Source: an uncultured Actinomycetota bacterium | Lineage (GTDB): Bacteria; Actinomycetota; Actinomycetes; Propionibacteriales; Nocardioidaceae | Length of the DNA: 64,000 nt | Direction of reading: 5' to 3' | NCBI GenBank assembly: GCA_963772415.1 | Contig: CAVYWU010000007.1 | Location: forward strand, 142,716-206,715 | Shown here: one piece after another, positions 45,222-55,144 of the stretch | Position numbering within the stretch: the stretch's first letter is position 1 | Layout of the letters: every line of letters starts with the position of its first letter | The notes under the pieces: model-generated | What the model was told of the DNA's origin: nothing | The model's database searches: none | Seen by the model: only the letters and a program-made list of their open reading frames with translations | Program-made: the position numbers and the translations under genes

Positions 45222-46720
45222 CAGCAACGTCCGGGTCCGGATGGCGCCCTCTCCGACGGGCAGCCCGCACGTCGGCCTGGTCCGTACGGCGCTCTACAAC
45301 TGGGCGTTCGCGCGCCACCACGGCGGCACCTTCGTGCTCCGCATCGAGGACACCGACGCCGCGCGCAACACCGCCGGAGTCCTACGACACGCTCCTGGAC
45401 CTGTTGCGGCTGGCTCGGCCTCGACTGGGACGAGGGCCCCGGAGGTCGGCGGCTCCTTCGCGCCGTACCTCCAGTCCGAGCGTTTCGACATCGTACGCCG
45501 ACGTCGCCGCCAAGCTCCGCTCCGGCAGGCCACGCCTACCACTGCTACTGCTCGGCCGACGAGCTCGACAGCGCAACGAGACGGCGCGTGCCGAGGGACG
45601 CACGCCCGGCTACGACGGCCACTGCCGTGAGCTCTCGACGAGCAGCAGCGGGCCGCCTTCGAGGCGGAGGGCCGCAGGCCGGCGCTGCGTTTCCGGATGC
45701 CCGGACGAGGCGATCACCTTCGACCGACCTGGTCCGTGGCGAGATCACCTTCCAGGCCGAGCACGTTCCCGGACTTCGTGCTCGTGCGTGGCAACGGGCA
45801 CCCGCTCTACACGCTGGTCTCACCGCTCGACGACGCGCTGATGGACATCACCCACGTGCTGCGCGGGGAGGATCTGTCTCGTCCTCGACCCCGCGCCAGG
45901 TCGCCCTGCACCGCGCTCTCGCCGACATCGGCGTGGGCATCGGGTCGGCTGACCGCAGTTCGCCCACCTCCCCTACGTCATGGGCCAGGGCAACAAGAAG
46001 CTGTCCAAGCGCGACCCCGAGGCCAACGCCCTCGGCTACCGCGACGCCGGCTACCTGCCCGAGGGACTGCTGAACTACGTGGCCCTGCTCGGCTGGGCCA
46101 TCGCCGACGACCGCGACATCTTCACGCCGCAGGAGATGGTGGCGGCCTTCGAGCATCGAGCCGGGTCAACCCGAACCCCGCCCGGTTCGACCTGAAGAAG
46201 GCCGAGGCGATCAACGCCACCCACATGCGGCTGCTCTCGGTGGCGGAGCTGACCTCGCGGACTGCTGCCCTAGCTGCAGGCCGCCGGCCTCGTCGCCGAG
46301 ATCCGCCGACCGACGAGCCCACGGTCCTGCTGAGCGCAGCGGTCCCGCTGGTGCACGAGCGGATCGGCAACGCTATCGGAGGGCGTCGACATGCTCGGCT
46401 TCCTGCTCGTCGACGAGGCCGCCTTCGCCCGGGACCCGCGCCGACGTCGCCAAGCTCCTCGACGAGGACGGCCGGGCGGTGGTCAAGGCCGCGCACGACG
46501 CGCTCGCCGCGCTGCCCGGAGTGGACGACCGAGGCGATCGACACCGCTCTCCGGACCGCCCTGGTCGACGAGCTGGGGCTGAAGCCGCGCAACGCCTTCG
46601 GACCGGTGCGGGTGGCGGTCACCGGCCGCCGGGTCTCGCCGCCGCTCTTCGAGTCGCTGGAGCTGCTCGGCCGGGAGCGGTCGCTGGCTCGGCTCGCTCG
46701 GCGCAGGACTGGGCGGGAGG
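45214..46720 (+). CDS. gltX: Glutamate--tRNA ligase, many frameshifts
   Basis: [41 protein letters not shown]; end approximate. Confidence 0.9.
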
Positions 46721-46873
46721 GACGGGGGAGCGACAGACGGGCCAGCACCGTCGGAGGAGCAGGGGCAGCCGCGCGACAGTCTGCGGTGCCACGCTTCCCA
46801 CCGCCGGCGTACGGCGTCGAGCCGAGCCGGTATCCGCCACCCCGGCACCGGTCTATCCGGGCTGGCCGGGAGC

Positions 46874-47988
46874 ATGGGCTACGCCGTAGCCCGGCCGCCG
46901 GCCCGGCGCTCGCGGCGCAGCCCACCCGAGCGTACCCGCACCCGGAGCCGACCCCTACCACCAGATGCTCCGCACGTGGAGCTACGCCTGGTGGAAGCCG
47001 CGTCCTGGCCTCGCCGTGCTGGACCGTGCTCTTCCTCGCCGTCCAGCTTGGTGGCCATCGCCTTCGTGATCCTGTCGCGCGGCGACCCGGTCGGGCTCCT
47101 TCTGGACAACCTCGGCGATCGGCCAACCCCACGACCGTCACACCGTCGTTCCTGCTGATGCTGAACATCTCGCTCGGCGCGATGATCCTGGTCACCTGGG
47201 CGACGATCAGGCTGGTGCACCGGATGCGCCCGCGCTGGCTGACCTCGGTGGCGCCGAAGATGCGCTGGCGCTTCTTCTGGTCGTGCGTGGGTGTCTCGTG
47301 GTCGCTCTGGTCGCCCAGCTCGGGTCGAGCCTGGTCGTGCCTGGGGCCGGTGAATCGTCCTGAGCCCCAGACCTCAACGAGTTCACCGCAACCACGGTGG
47401 CGCTGGCCTTCATCGTGCTGTTCACCACGCCCTTCCAGGCAGCGGGGGAGGAGTACCTCTTCCGCGGCTACCTGATGCAGGCCGCGGGCTCGCTGCTGAA
47501 GTTCAACACCACCCGCGCCGCCGAGCTGGTGTCCAAGTGGGGTGCGATCCTGCTCACGTCGCTGCTCTTCGCCGCGGCCCACGGTGCGCAGAACTTCCCG
47601 TTGTTCTTCGACCGGTTCGCGTTCGGCTTCATCGCCGGGTGGCTGATCATCCGCACCGGCGGTCTCGAGGCGGGCATCGCGATGCACATCCTCAACAACT
47701 TCTTCGCCCTCGGCGCGGCCCTGCCTCTTCGGCGACATCGGGTCAAGTCTCAACGTCTCCGAGGCGTCGTGGTGGAACATCCCGGTGACCCTCACCCAAG
47801 CCGGTGTGTACGCCGTCCTGGTGGTGCTGCTGGCCCGTCGGATGGCCGTGCAGAGCCACACGCGGCCGCCCCGACACCCAGCAGCACGAGCCGGTCGCGG
47901 GCGTCCCGGCGTGAGGCTGCTCACGCGGCGTCGGGTCAGGCGCGCGGGCGGGATGGGCGGTTTTGGCCCCACCGACCACCGCATGTAA
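46874..47988 (+). CDS. CPBP/Abi intramembrane metalloprotease, frameshifted
   Basis: QAAGEEYLFRGY, FAAAH, GGLEAGIAMHILNN; boundaries approximate. Confidence 0.75.
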
Positions 47989-48020
47989 CATCATCCGGGC
48001 TTCGCAAGGAGCGCATCCCA

Positions 48021-48092
48021 TGGGGTATGGGGTAATTGGCAGCCCGACTGGTTCTGGTCCAGTTAGTCTAGGTTCGAGTCCTAGTACCCCAG
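48021..48092 (+). tRNA. tRNA-Gln(CTG)
   Basis: TGGGGTA/TACCCCA acceptor stem, ACTGG-TTCTGGT-CCAGT anticodon arm, GGTTCGAGTCC. Confidence 0.96.
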
Positions 48093-48140
48093 CGATTTGG
48101 TCGGAACTCCCAGCCCAGGCTAGAGTTTCGTCCGCTTCAC

Positions 48141-48213
48141 GCCCCCGTTGTGTAGCGGCCTAGCACGCCGCCCTCTCAAGGCGGTAGCGCGGGTTCGAAT
48201 CCCGTCGGGGGTA
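48141..48213 (+). tRNA. tRNA-Glu(CTC)
   Basis: GCCCCCG/CGGGGGT acceptor stem, CCGCC-CTCTCAA-GGCGG anticodon arm, GGTTCGAATCC. Confidence 0.96.
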
Positions 48214-48505
48214 CAAGACCATCAGGCCCCAGCCATCCGGCTGGGGCTTGTTGCGTGCTGGCACGCCGCGCTGGGTGCACGGCGGTAGCGCGGGTTCGAA
48301 TCCCGTGGGGGGTACAAGACCACCGGGCCCCAGCCATCCGGCTGGGGCTTGTTGCGTGCTGGCACGCCGCGCTGGGTGCACGGCGGTAGCGCGGGTTCGA
48401 ATCCCGTCGGGGGTACAAGACCACCAAGCCCCAGCCATCCGGCTGGGGCTTGTTGCGTGCTGGCACGCCGCGCTGCGTGCACGGCGGTAGCGCGGGTTCG
48501 AATCC
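48180..48505 (+). repeat. 101-bp tandem array containing the tRNA-Glu 3' half plus a terminator hairpin
   Basis: GGCGGTAGCGCGGGTTCGAATCC at 48180, 48281, 48382 and 48483; GCCCCAGCC-ATCC-GGCTGGGGC-TTGTT in each of the three full units. Confidence 0.93.
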
Positions 48506-48581
48506 ACCGGCGTGGGTGGGTCTTGGCGCTGCCCGCACCAGTCCGTCCTGCTGCTCGAAGACCTGTCTGGTCCCCACCGGG

Positions 48582-49028
48582 TCATGCGTCGGATTGAGCC
48601 GCCTCTACGACCACCGCGTACGAGCCGATGCCGACGAGCCGTTGAGCGGCGATGTCCTCGGCATCGTTGAGCAGCAGCGAGTTCAACCTGCCACTGTCCG
48701 GGTCGAAGTCGACGTCGCCGATGATCCCCAGCGTGTCGCCTCTCGTGGAGAGGACCCGCTTCTTCACGAGGGCGTGTGCCTTGCCGCGCAACGCGTCCAG
48801 CGCGGCGTCGGTGTCCGTGATCGTCCCGGCATCGGCGATGGTGACGGCCTCGGTGCCGAACGCGGTGATGTCGCTCCATCTCAGCAGACGTCCCTTGTCG
48901 GTCTTCCTCAGCTCCAACGCCACGATGGAGCGCGTGCTGGGGTCGATGAGGAAGCCCTTCACCTTTCCGACCGTCTCGGCCGTGCCGGTATCCACCACCG
49001 GGCGTCCCTTGGCCAGGCTGAACATCAT
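48582..49028 (-). CDS. Tandem PRC-barrel domain protein
   Basis: GRPVVDTGTAETVGKVKGFLID..FGTEAVTI; KRVLSTRGDTLGIIGDVDFD. Confidence 0.8.
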   Translation of the reverse strand: MMFSLAKGRPVVDTGTAETVGKVKGFLIDPSTRSIVALELRKTDKGRLLRWSDITAFGTEAVTIADAGTITDTDAALDALRGKAHALVKKRVLSTRGDTLGIIGDVDFDPDSGRLNSLLLNDAEDIAAQRLVGIGSYAVVVEAAQSDA

Positions 49029-49618
49029 GAGTCGAGGCTCCCGAGGTGGGCACGGAAACGTTCCACCGCGGCACCGAATCCAGCCAGGTCGTGTCCGACG
49101 AAGTCCTTCGCGCTGGCGGGCACGATCAGATGCTGACCGGATGCCGCCATGGTGTCGGGCAAGGGGATCAGTACCGCCTGGCCCTGGTTGTCGAGCCCCT
49201 CGGAGGCCTCGATCTCATAGCCGACCACGTCGCACCGCTCGCCGCCGGTCACGTCGACCGAGACCACCACGTCTTGCACGGTGCCCAGTCCGACGCCCTC
49301 CTCAGTGAGCACTTGGGAGCCCAAGATGTTGCCCGCGGAGCCCGAACTGCCGCGGGACTGATCAACCACCGCCTCGGTGGCTACCAGCACGGAGGTGTCC
49401 CGGATCATCACGGCATCTGCCCCGAGCGCCGCAACCGAGCGCCAGGTCAGTCCCTCCTTGAGCGGACCAGCGAACCGGCCGCGACCAGCCAGCGTGAACC
49501 CGCTCACCGATCCGCCGTCGGCGGCGTAGACGACGTCCTTGATCTGGGCCACGTCCTCGCCGGCCATGGTGACGACCGGGCGTCGGGCGATCTCAGAGGT
49601 CCGCATCAGTCTCATCAC
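49025..49618 (-). CDS. Tandem PRC-barrel domain protein
   Basis: RPVVTMAGEDVAQIKDVVY..LGADAVMI; GSQVLTEEGVGLGTVQDVVV. Confidence 0.8.
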   Translation of the reverse strand: MMRLMRTSEIARRPVVTMAGEDVAQIKDVVYAADGGSVSGFTLAGRGRFAGPLKEGLTWRSVAALGADAVMIRDTSVLVATEAVVDQSRGSSGSAGNILGSQVLTEEGVGLGTVQDVVVSVDVTGGERCDVVGYEIEASEGLDNQGQAVLIPLPDTMAASGQHLIVPASAKDFVGHDLAGFGAAVERFRAHLGSLDS

Positions 49619-49752
49619 TGCCCCCCTTCATCGGAGCGCTGCGACTCGATGATCACGCCGCCGCGCCGGCGCCGGGCCTGTACCGCGAGCGCGGCAGCGA
49701 CGAGCAGCGCGACAAGGACCACCACCACGATCAACCAACCCCACCAGTCCAT
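49615..49752 (-). CDS. Small single-pass membrane protein (45 aa)
   Basis: GGAGG RBS; MDWWGWLIVVVVLVALLVAAALAVQARRRRGG; stop overlaps the next start. Confidence 0.7.
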   Translation of the reverse strand: MDWWGWLIVVVVLVALLVAAALAVQARRRRGGVIIESQRSDEGGQ

Positions 49753-50130
49753 GATGGCCTCCGCGTCCCCTCGGTTCGGACTCGACGGTACCCCACCCAC
49801 CTACCCGGCCCGGCCTGCGCTTTTCCGTGAGATCGAGCGCTTCGGCACACCCGGCTACCGGTCCTGGTCGACGTCCGCCGCGACGATCTGCGCGTCAAGG
49901 TCGCTGGTGACCAGTCCGGTCAGTGCCTGCAGTGCCGTGACGCTGCGGCGCCGTCCCGGCGCGGCCGAGGTGGCGCCGGCGCGGCCGGCCGTCTGGGTCG
50001 GGTCGGCTGTCGGGGTGGCTTCGCCCGTGGGCGTCGGCGGGGTGCGCAACGCAGCGCGCTGAGCGTCGAACCAGCCGCGCAGCTGGTCCATCGACCCCTC
50101 CGAGAGGCGGTCACCGCGATCGGCGAGCAC

Positions 50131-50256
50131 GACCCTGGTTGGCGCTGTCGAGGATGCCGGTGCCGGTGTCGAGCAGGATCAGGTTGTAGAACTGGTCGAG
50201 CAGCCCGATGAGCCGGTGATAGTCGTCGCGGTCGAGGGCCATCCCGATCGCGGGTC
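50131..50256 (-). pseudogene. MinD/ParA-like ATPase internal fragment
   Basis: ALDRDDYHRLIGLLDQFYNLILLDTGTGILDSANQG (Walker B region). Confidence 0.6.
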
Positions 50257-50370
50257 GTCGTCGCCCTGCCTGGCCACCGGTTTCCTCATCGACGTGCCGT
50301 AGAGGCGGTCAGCAAGGTCGTGTCCGATTCCCGCTAGAATCCGGGGACGTCGGCAGGCAGGATCGTTCCC

Positions 50371-51867
50371 GTGGACATCGATGACACCGAGGCCTGCTAC
50401 CGGGCGGTGAAGAGCCGCGACCGGCGCTTCGACGGCGTCTTCTACACCGGCGTCACCTCCACCGGGATCTACTGCCGGCCCTCGTGCCCCGCGATCACCC
50501 CGCAACGCAAGAATGTCACCTTCCACCGCACCGCGGCCGCCGCGCAGGCCGCAGGCTTCCGGGCGTGCAAGCGCTGCCTGCCGGACGCGACGCCGGGATC
50601 ACCGGACTGGGACGTCGCCGCCGACGTCGCCGGCCGGGCGATGCGGCTGATCTCCGACGGGGTGGTCGAGCGCGACGGGGTCGAGGGACTGGCCGGGCGC
50701 GTCGGCTACACCTCCCGACACCTCGGTCGGATCCTCACCCGCGAGCTCGGCGCCGGGCCGCTGGCACTGGCCCGGGCCAAGCGCGCGCAGACTGCGCGGG
50801 TGCTCGTCGAGACCACCGTGATGTCGTTCGCGGACGTCGCCTTCGCTGCCGGCTTCTCCAGCATCCGCCAGTTCAACGACACCGTCCGCGAGGTCTACGC
50901 CGCCTCCCCGAGCCAGCTGCGTGCCGGCCGCCGGACCGGCACGCCCGCACCGACGCCGGGTCAGCTCGAGCTCCGGCTGGCCGTGCGGGCGCCGTACGCC
51001 GCCCGCGAGATGCTCGCCTTCCTCGCCGCCCACGCCGTCGCGGGAGTGGAGTCGTGGGGGCCGGACTGGTACGCCCGCACGCTGCGACTGCCGCACGGCG
51101 GCGGCCACGTGGTGCTCGCCCTCCCCGACGACGTGGCCGACCGCGGGCACGTGATCTGCCTGCTCGAGCTCGACGACCTCCGCGACGTGGCCGCCGCGGC
51201 CGAGCGCTGCCGACGACTGCTCGACGCGGACTGCGATCCGGTGACGGTCGAGGACGCACTCGCGGACGACCCGCTGCTCGCGCGGCTGGTCCGGCAGCGA
51301 CCCGGGCTGCGGGTGCCCGGCCACGTCGACGGCCACGAGGTCGCGATCCGCACCGTCATCGGCCAGCAGGTCTCGGTCGCGGCCGCCAACACCGTGACCG
51401 CGCGTCTGGTCGCCGAGCACGGTGAGGGCCGCGAGGCCGGTGACCGGCTGTTCCCCACCGCCGAGGTGCTGGCTGCACTGGATCCCGCGACGCTGCCGAT
51501 GCCGCGCTCCCGTGGTCGTGCCCTCGTGGGCCTGTGCGAGGCCCTGGCGGGCGGCGACGTTCCGCTGGACCGCAGCGCCGACCGCGGCGACGTACGCCGA
51601 CGGCTGCTCGCCCTGCCCGGCATCGGCCCCTGGACTGCGGACTACGTCGCCATGCGCGCCCTCGGCCATCCCGACGTCTTCCTCCCCACCGACATCGGGG
51701 TCCGCAACGCCCTGACCGGGCTGGGGGAGACCACCGAAGGAATCGCCGCCCGCTCCGAGCGGTGGGCTCCCTGGCGGTCCTACGCCCTGCTGCACCTCTG
51801 GTCGTCGCTGAGCCTGCTCAGCCCCGACCAGGTCCTGTCACTACGCTCGACCACGAAGGAGTCGTGA
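50371..51867 (+). CDS. alkA: AdaA-AlkA fusion (methylphosphotriester repair/AraC plus 3-meA glycosylase)
   Basis: CRPSC, FRACKRC, AGFSSIRQFN, LPGIGPWTA, D at PTDIG. Confidence 0.93.
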   Translation: MDIDDTEACYRAVKSRDRRFDGVFYTGVTSTGIYCRPSCPAITPQRKNVTFHRTAAAAQAAGFRACKRCLPDATPGSPDWDVAADVAGRAMRLISDGVVERDGVEGLAGRVGYTSRHLGRILTRELGAGPLALARAKRAQTARVLVETTVMSFADVAFAAGFSSIRQFNDTVREVYAASPSQLRAGRRTGTPAPTPGQLELRLAVRAPYAAREMLAFLAAHAVAGVESWGPDWYARTLRLPHGGGHVVLALPDDVADRGHVICLLELDDLRDVAAAAERCRRLLDADCDPVTVEDALADDPLLARLVRQRPGLRVPGHVDGHEVAIRTVIGQQVSVAAANTVTARLVAEHGEGREAGDRLFPTAEVLAALDPATLPMPRSRGRALVGLCEALAGGDVPLDRSADRGDVRRRLLALPGIGPWTADYVAMRALGHPDVFLPTDIGVRNALTGLGETTEGIAARSERWAPWRSYALLHLWSSLSLLSPDQVLSLRSTTKES

Positions 51868-52397
51868 GCACCATGTGGACCCACGTCGAGTCGCCCGTCG
51901 GGCCGCTCAAGATCGTCGCCCACCGCGAGGCGGTCGTCGCGATCGAGTTCTCCGGATCCTCCGGACCCGGCGTCTCGCCCTACACCTCGGCGGCCCGCGC
52001 CGCCGCACTGTCGGCCGGCCGGCCGGTCGGCGACCGCGTCGACGACGACCCGCTCCTCGTCGAGACCGCCCGCCAGCTCGCGGCGTACTTCCTGCGCGAC
52101 CTCAAGGAGTTCGACCTCCCGCTGCGCCCCGAGGGCACCGACTTCCAGCAGCGGGTGTGGACCCAGCTGCAGAAGATCTCCTTCGGGGAGACCGCGTCGT
52201 ACGGAGACATCGCGCACCGGCTCGGCATGACCAACGCCGCCTCGCGCGCCGTCGGGCTGGCCAACGGCCGCAACCCGATCCCGATCGTGATCCCGTGCCA
52301 CCGCGTCGTCGGCGCCAACGGCACCCTCACCGGCTACGCCGGCGGCATCGAGCGCAAGCAGACCCTCCTCGATCTCGAGCAGGACGCCCTCTTCTGA
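51864..52397 (+). CDS. ogt: Methylated-DNA--protein-cysteine methyltransferase
   Basis: GTDFQQRVW, RAVG, IPCHRVV. Confidence 0.95.
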   Translation: MSTMWTHVESPVGPLKIVAHREAVVAIEFSGSSGPGVSPYTSAARAAALSAGRPVGDRVDDDPLLVETARQLAAYFLRDLKEFDLPLRPEGTDFQQRVWTQLQKISFGETASYGDIAHRLGMTNAASRAVGLANGRNPIPIVIPCHRVVGANGTLTGYAGGIERKQTLLDLEQDALF

Positions 52398-52402
52398 GAT
52401 CG

Positions 52403-52460
52403 GAAAGGCCAGTTCCCCACCTGCTCTGACAGCGTGTCGTGCGCGAAGTGGCCTATCGCC
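52403..52460. repeat. Family B repeat, inverted copy
   Basis: Reverse complement GATAGGCCACTTCGCGCACGACACGC..GGTGGGGAACTGGCCTTTC aligns with 23935-23989. Confidence 0.55.
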
Positions 52461-53070
52461 CGGCCGGGTCGAGACGCGCCGACGCGTCCTCCTGGGCCAT
52501 CCGGCGCAGCAGCACGAGCACGGGCTCCCACAGCAGGGTCCCGACCACGGCCGCCTCGGCACCTGCCACCCGGTCCTCGCGACCGACCGAGGTGACGTCG
52601 CGGGCGGCGACCAGCTCGGCGGCTTCGGCGTAGTCGTCCAGGGCCTCCGCACTCGCGCCGTGGTCGAGTCCCGCCAGGGAGTCCAGCGCCCGGGCCAGCG
52701 CGGCCCGGTGCGGGTTGGGCTCGTGCAACCGCCAGCCGCGCCGCTCAACCAGAGCGTCCACCTCGGCGAGCGCGGCGGGCGTGGCCTGGCTTCCCGTCGC
52801 GGTGAGGCGGTGGTGCACCGTGCCCATCGCCGCGTGGAAGCTGAGGTTGTCGTCGTCGACCGCGAGCAGCACGGTGCGGACGGCGTCCAGCCGGAGCCCG
52901 GCGACCTCGGTCAGGGCCCGGATCAGCCGGAGCCGACGGGCGTGACTCTCGTCGTAGTGCGCCCGGGTCGCACCGGTCGCCTCGCCGGCGGGGAGCAGAC
53001 CCTCACGGAGGTAGAACTTCACCGTCGCGACGGGAAGGCCGCTCGTCGCAGCCAGCTCGGACATCCACAT
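52453..53070 (-). CDS. MerR-family regulator
   Basis: MSELAATSGLPVATVKFYLREGLL..RLRLIRAL. Confidence 0.9.
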   Translation of the reverse strand: MWMSELAATSGLPVATVKFYLREGLLPAGEATGATRAHYDESHARRLRLIRALTEVAGLRLDAVRTVLLAVDDDNLSFHAAMGTVHHRLTATGSQATPAALAEVDALVERRGWRLHEPNPHRAALARALDSLAGLDHGASAEALDDYAEAAELVAARDVTSVGREDRVAGAEAAVVGTLLWEPVLVLLRRMAQEDASARLDPAGR

Positions 53071-53080
53071 GAGAAACATC

Positions 53081-53130
53081 TTGACATTGGAGAGTCAAAC
53101 TCTCCAATATTGGAGAGTGACACTATCCAA
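53081..53130 (+). promoter_or_regulatory. MerR-type promoter with two tandem palindromes
   Basis: TTGACA at 53081; ATTGGAGAGT-CAA-ACTCTCCAAT then ATTGGAGAGT-GAC-ACTATCCAA. Confidence 0.8.
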
Positions 53131-53812
53131 ACTTGCACGCAGCATCCCTCGCCTGGCCGAGACGGTCGGCCGGGTCGGCCACGTCGGCGACGGGCCGGCT
53201 GTGCTCCACGTGGTCGGGCTCGGCGACTCGGTGGCGGCCGGCGTCGGGGTCGAGCGCGGCGAGGACACGATGGCCGGCCGCCTGGCCCACCGGCTGGCCG
53301 GTGCGGGGAGACCGGTGTCGTGGGCGATCCACGCGCGCGGCGGGTTGACCGCGGCGGGCGTGAGCGCCCTCCTCGACCGTCCCGACGTCACCGGCGACCT
53401 CGCCGAGGCCGACGTGGTCCTCGTGTCGGTGGGCGTCAACGACCTTCTGCGGCTGCGGCGTCCGGCACGGTGGCGCCGCGACCTGGGCGCTCTGCTCGCC
53501 CGCGTCCGGTCGACGAGCAGCGGCGAGGTGGTGCTGCTCGGAATGCCCCCGGTGGCTGCGTTCCCATCGTTGCCCGGGCCGGTGCGCGGGGTGCTCGGCC
53601 GGGTCGCGGAGCGGATGGACGACGTCGGCCGGGAGGTCGCCCGGCGCTGCGACGTACAGCACCTGGCGCTGCCGGCCGACCTGCTCCTCGCCGACGGCGC
53701 CTTCGCCGCCGATGGGTTCCACCCCTCCTCGCGGTCCCACGACCGGCTGGCCGAGGTCGTCGCCTCGCGGCTGCCACCCCTCACGAACGGAGCTGTCGAT
53801 GTTGTCCGATGA
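53117..53812 (+). CDS. SGNH/GDSL hydrolase
   Basis: LGDSVAAG, GVND, DGFHPS. Confidence 0.88.
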   Translation: MTLSKLARSIPRLAETVGRVGHVGDGPAVLHVVGLGDSVAAGVGVERGEDTMAGRLAHRLAGAGRPVSWAIHARGGLTAAGVSALLDRPDVTGDLAEADVVLVSVGVNDLLRLRRPARWRRDLGALLARVRSTSSGEVVLLGMPPVAAFPSLPGPVRGVLGRVAERMDDVGREVARRCDVQHLALPADLLLADGAFAADGFHPSSRSHDRLAEVVASRLPPLTNGAVDVVR

Positions 53813-54206
53813 GTCCCGGATCCTTGCGGGGATCCTGCTGCTGGCGCTGGTCACGGTCGAGACCGGTGGCCTCTACCTGGTCAAGCTGGTGCGCGGCAAC
53901 GCCCCCGCCACCCCGTTCCAGCTCGCGTTCGCCCGCGCCGGTCACGCGCACGCCGCCGTCCTGCTGGTGCTGGCGCTGCTGTGCCAGGTGCTGGCCGACA
54001 GCACCACCCAGACGGGGTTCCTCGACTGGCTGTCGCGCTCAGGGGTCGCGGTCTCGGCACTGCTGCTGCCCGGTGGCTTCTTCTTCTCCTCGATGGGCGC
54101 CGGCCGCGAGCAGCCCAACAGGCTGATCGTGCTGGTGTTCGCCGGCGCGGCGCTGCTGGCCGTGTCGCTGGTCAGCCTCGGGGTCGGGCTGCTCACGGCT
54201 GGCTGA
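53799..54206 (+). CDS. Four-helix membrane protein with RAGHAH motif
   Basis: FARAGHAHAAVLL; four hydrophobic segments. Confidence 0.78.
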   Translation: MLSDESRILAGILLLALVTVETGGLYLVKLVRGNAPATPFQLAFARAGHAHAAVLLVLALLCQVLADSTTQTGFLDWLSRSGVAVSALLLPGGFFFSSMGAGREQPNRLIVLVFAGAALLAVSLVSLGVGLLTAG

Positions 54207-54263
54207 AGAGTCACTCATGCAGCGACACGCCGGCCGAAGGCCTGATTGAGTGACCCCTCGGCC

Positions 54264-54983
54264 TCACTCGGCGGCGCGGCGCAGGCTCTCGGAGAGGCGT
54301 TCGGCAGCGGCGAGGACGGCGGGGGCGTGCATCCGGCCGGGCTGACGGGAGAGTCGCTCCAGGGGACCCGACACGGAGACGGCCGCGATGATCTTGCCGC
54401 TGGGCGAGCGGACCGGCGCGGAGACCGAGGCGACGCCCTGCTCGCGCTCGCCGACCGACTGCGCCCAGCCGCGGCGACGGATGCCGGAGAGCGCAGTGGC
54501 GGAGTAGGCGGCGTTCTGCAGGCCCCGGTGCATCCGCTCGGGGTCCTCCCAGGCGAGCAGCACCTGGGCGGCCGAACCGGCGCGCATGGTCAGCTGGGAG
54601 CCGACCGGGATCGTGTCGCGCAGACCCGAGGGGCGCTCCGCCGCGGCGACGCACACGCGGTAGTCGCCCTGTCGGCGCCAGAGCTGGGCGGACTCGCCGG
54701 TGATGTCGCGCAGCCGCGCCAGCACCGGGCCGGCGGCGGCGAGGAGCCGGTCCTCACCGGCCGCCGCGGAGAGCTCGGAGAGCCGGGGGCCGAGGACGAA
54801 GCGGCCCTGCATGTCACGGGCGACGAGGCGGTGGTGCTCGAGTGCCACCGCGAGGCGGTGGGCGGTCGGACGGGCGAGCCCTGTGCCGGCCACCAGGCCC
54901 GCCAGCGTGGCCGGTCCGGACTCGAGCGCCGACAGTACGAGGGCGGCCTTGTCCAGGACGCCGACACCGCTTGAATTGTCCAT
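54264..54983 (-). CDS. IclR-family regulator (NdgR/LtbR-like), divergent from leuCD
   Basis: [36 protein letters not shown]. Confidence 0.93.
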   Translation of the reverse strand: MDNSSGVGVLDKAALVLSALESGPATLAGLVAGTGLARPTAHRLAVALEHHRLVARDMQGRFVLGPRLSELSAAAGEDRLLAAAGPVLARLRDITGESAQLWRRQGDYRVCVAAAERPSGLRDTIPVGSQLTMRAGSAAQVLLAWEDPERMHRGLQNAAYSATALSGIRRRGWAQSVGEREQGVASVSAPVRSPSGKIIAAVSVSGPLERLSRQPGRMHAPAVLAAAERLSESLRRAAE

Positions 54984-55144
54984 ACTCTGATAATGCCGTC
55001 TCGAATACTGGAAAGCAAGTCCCGATGAGTGTCACCATGACAGGACGCATCGGGTCATCTGGACGACCTGAACGCCCAGCCCCAGCAAGGGAATCAGCGG
55101 GGCAGGTGGTACGACGACGAGCAGACACGATGAGGAGTGCGGAG

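Noticed and set aside
45214-46720. gltX pseudogene or programmed frameshifting
   Set aside because: Essential gene with scattered indels and no slippery-site pattern; sequencing error is more likely
48180-48505. CRISPR array or extra functional tRNA genes
   Set aside because: No unique spacers or cas genes; the units lack the acceptor 5' strand and a 7-nt anticodon loop
48500-50330. Intact prophage or ICE at tRNA-Glu
   Set aside because: No integrase, phage or conjugation genes, and no distal att copy seen
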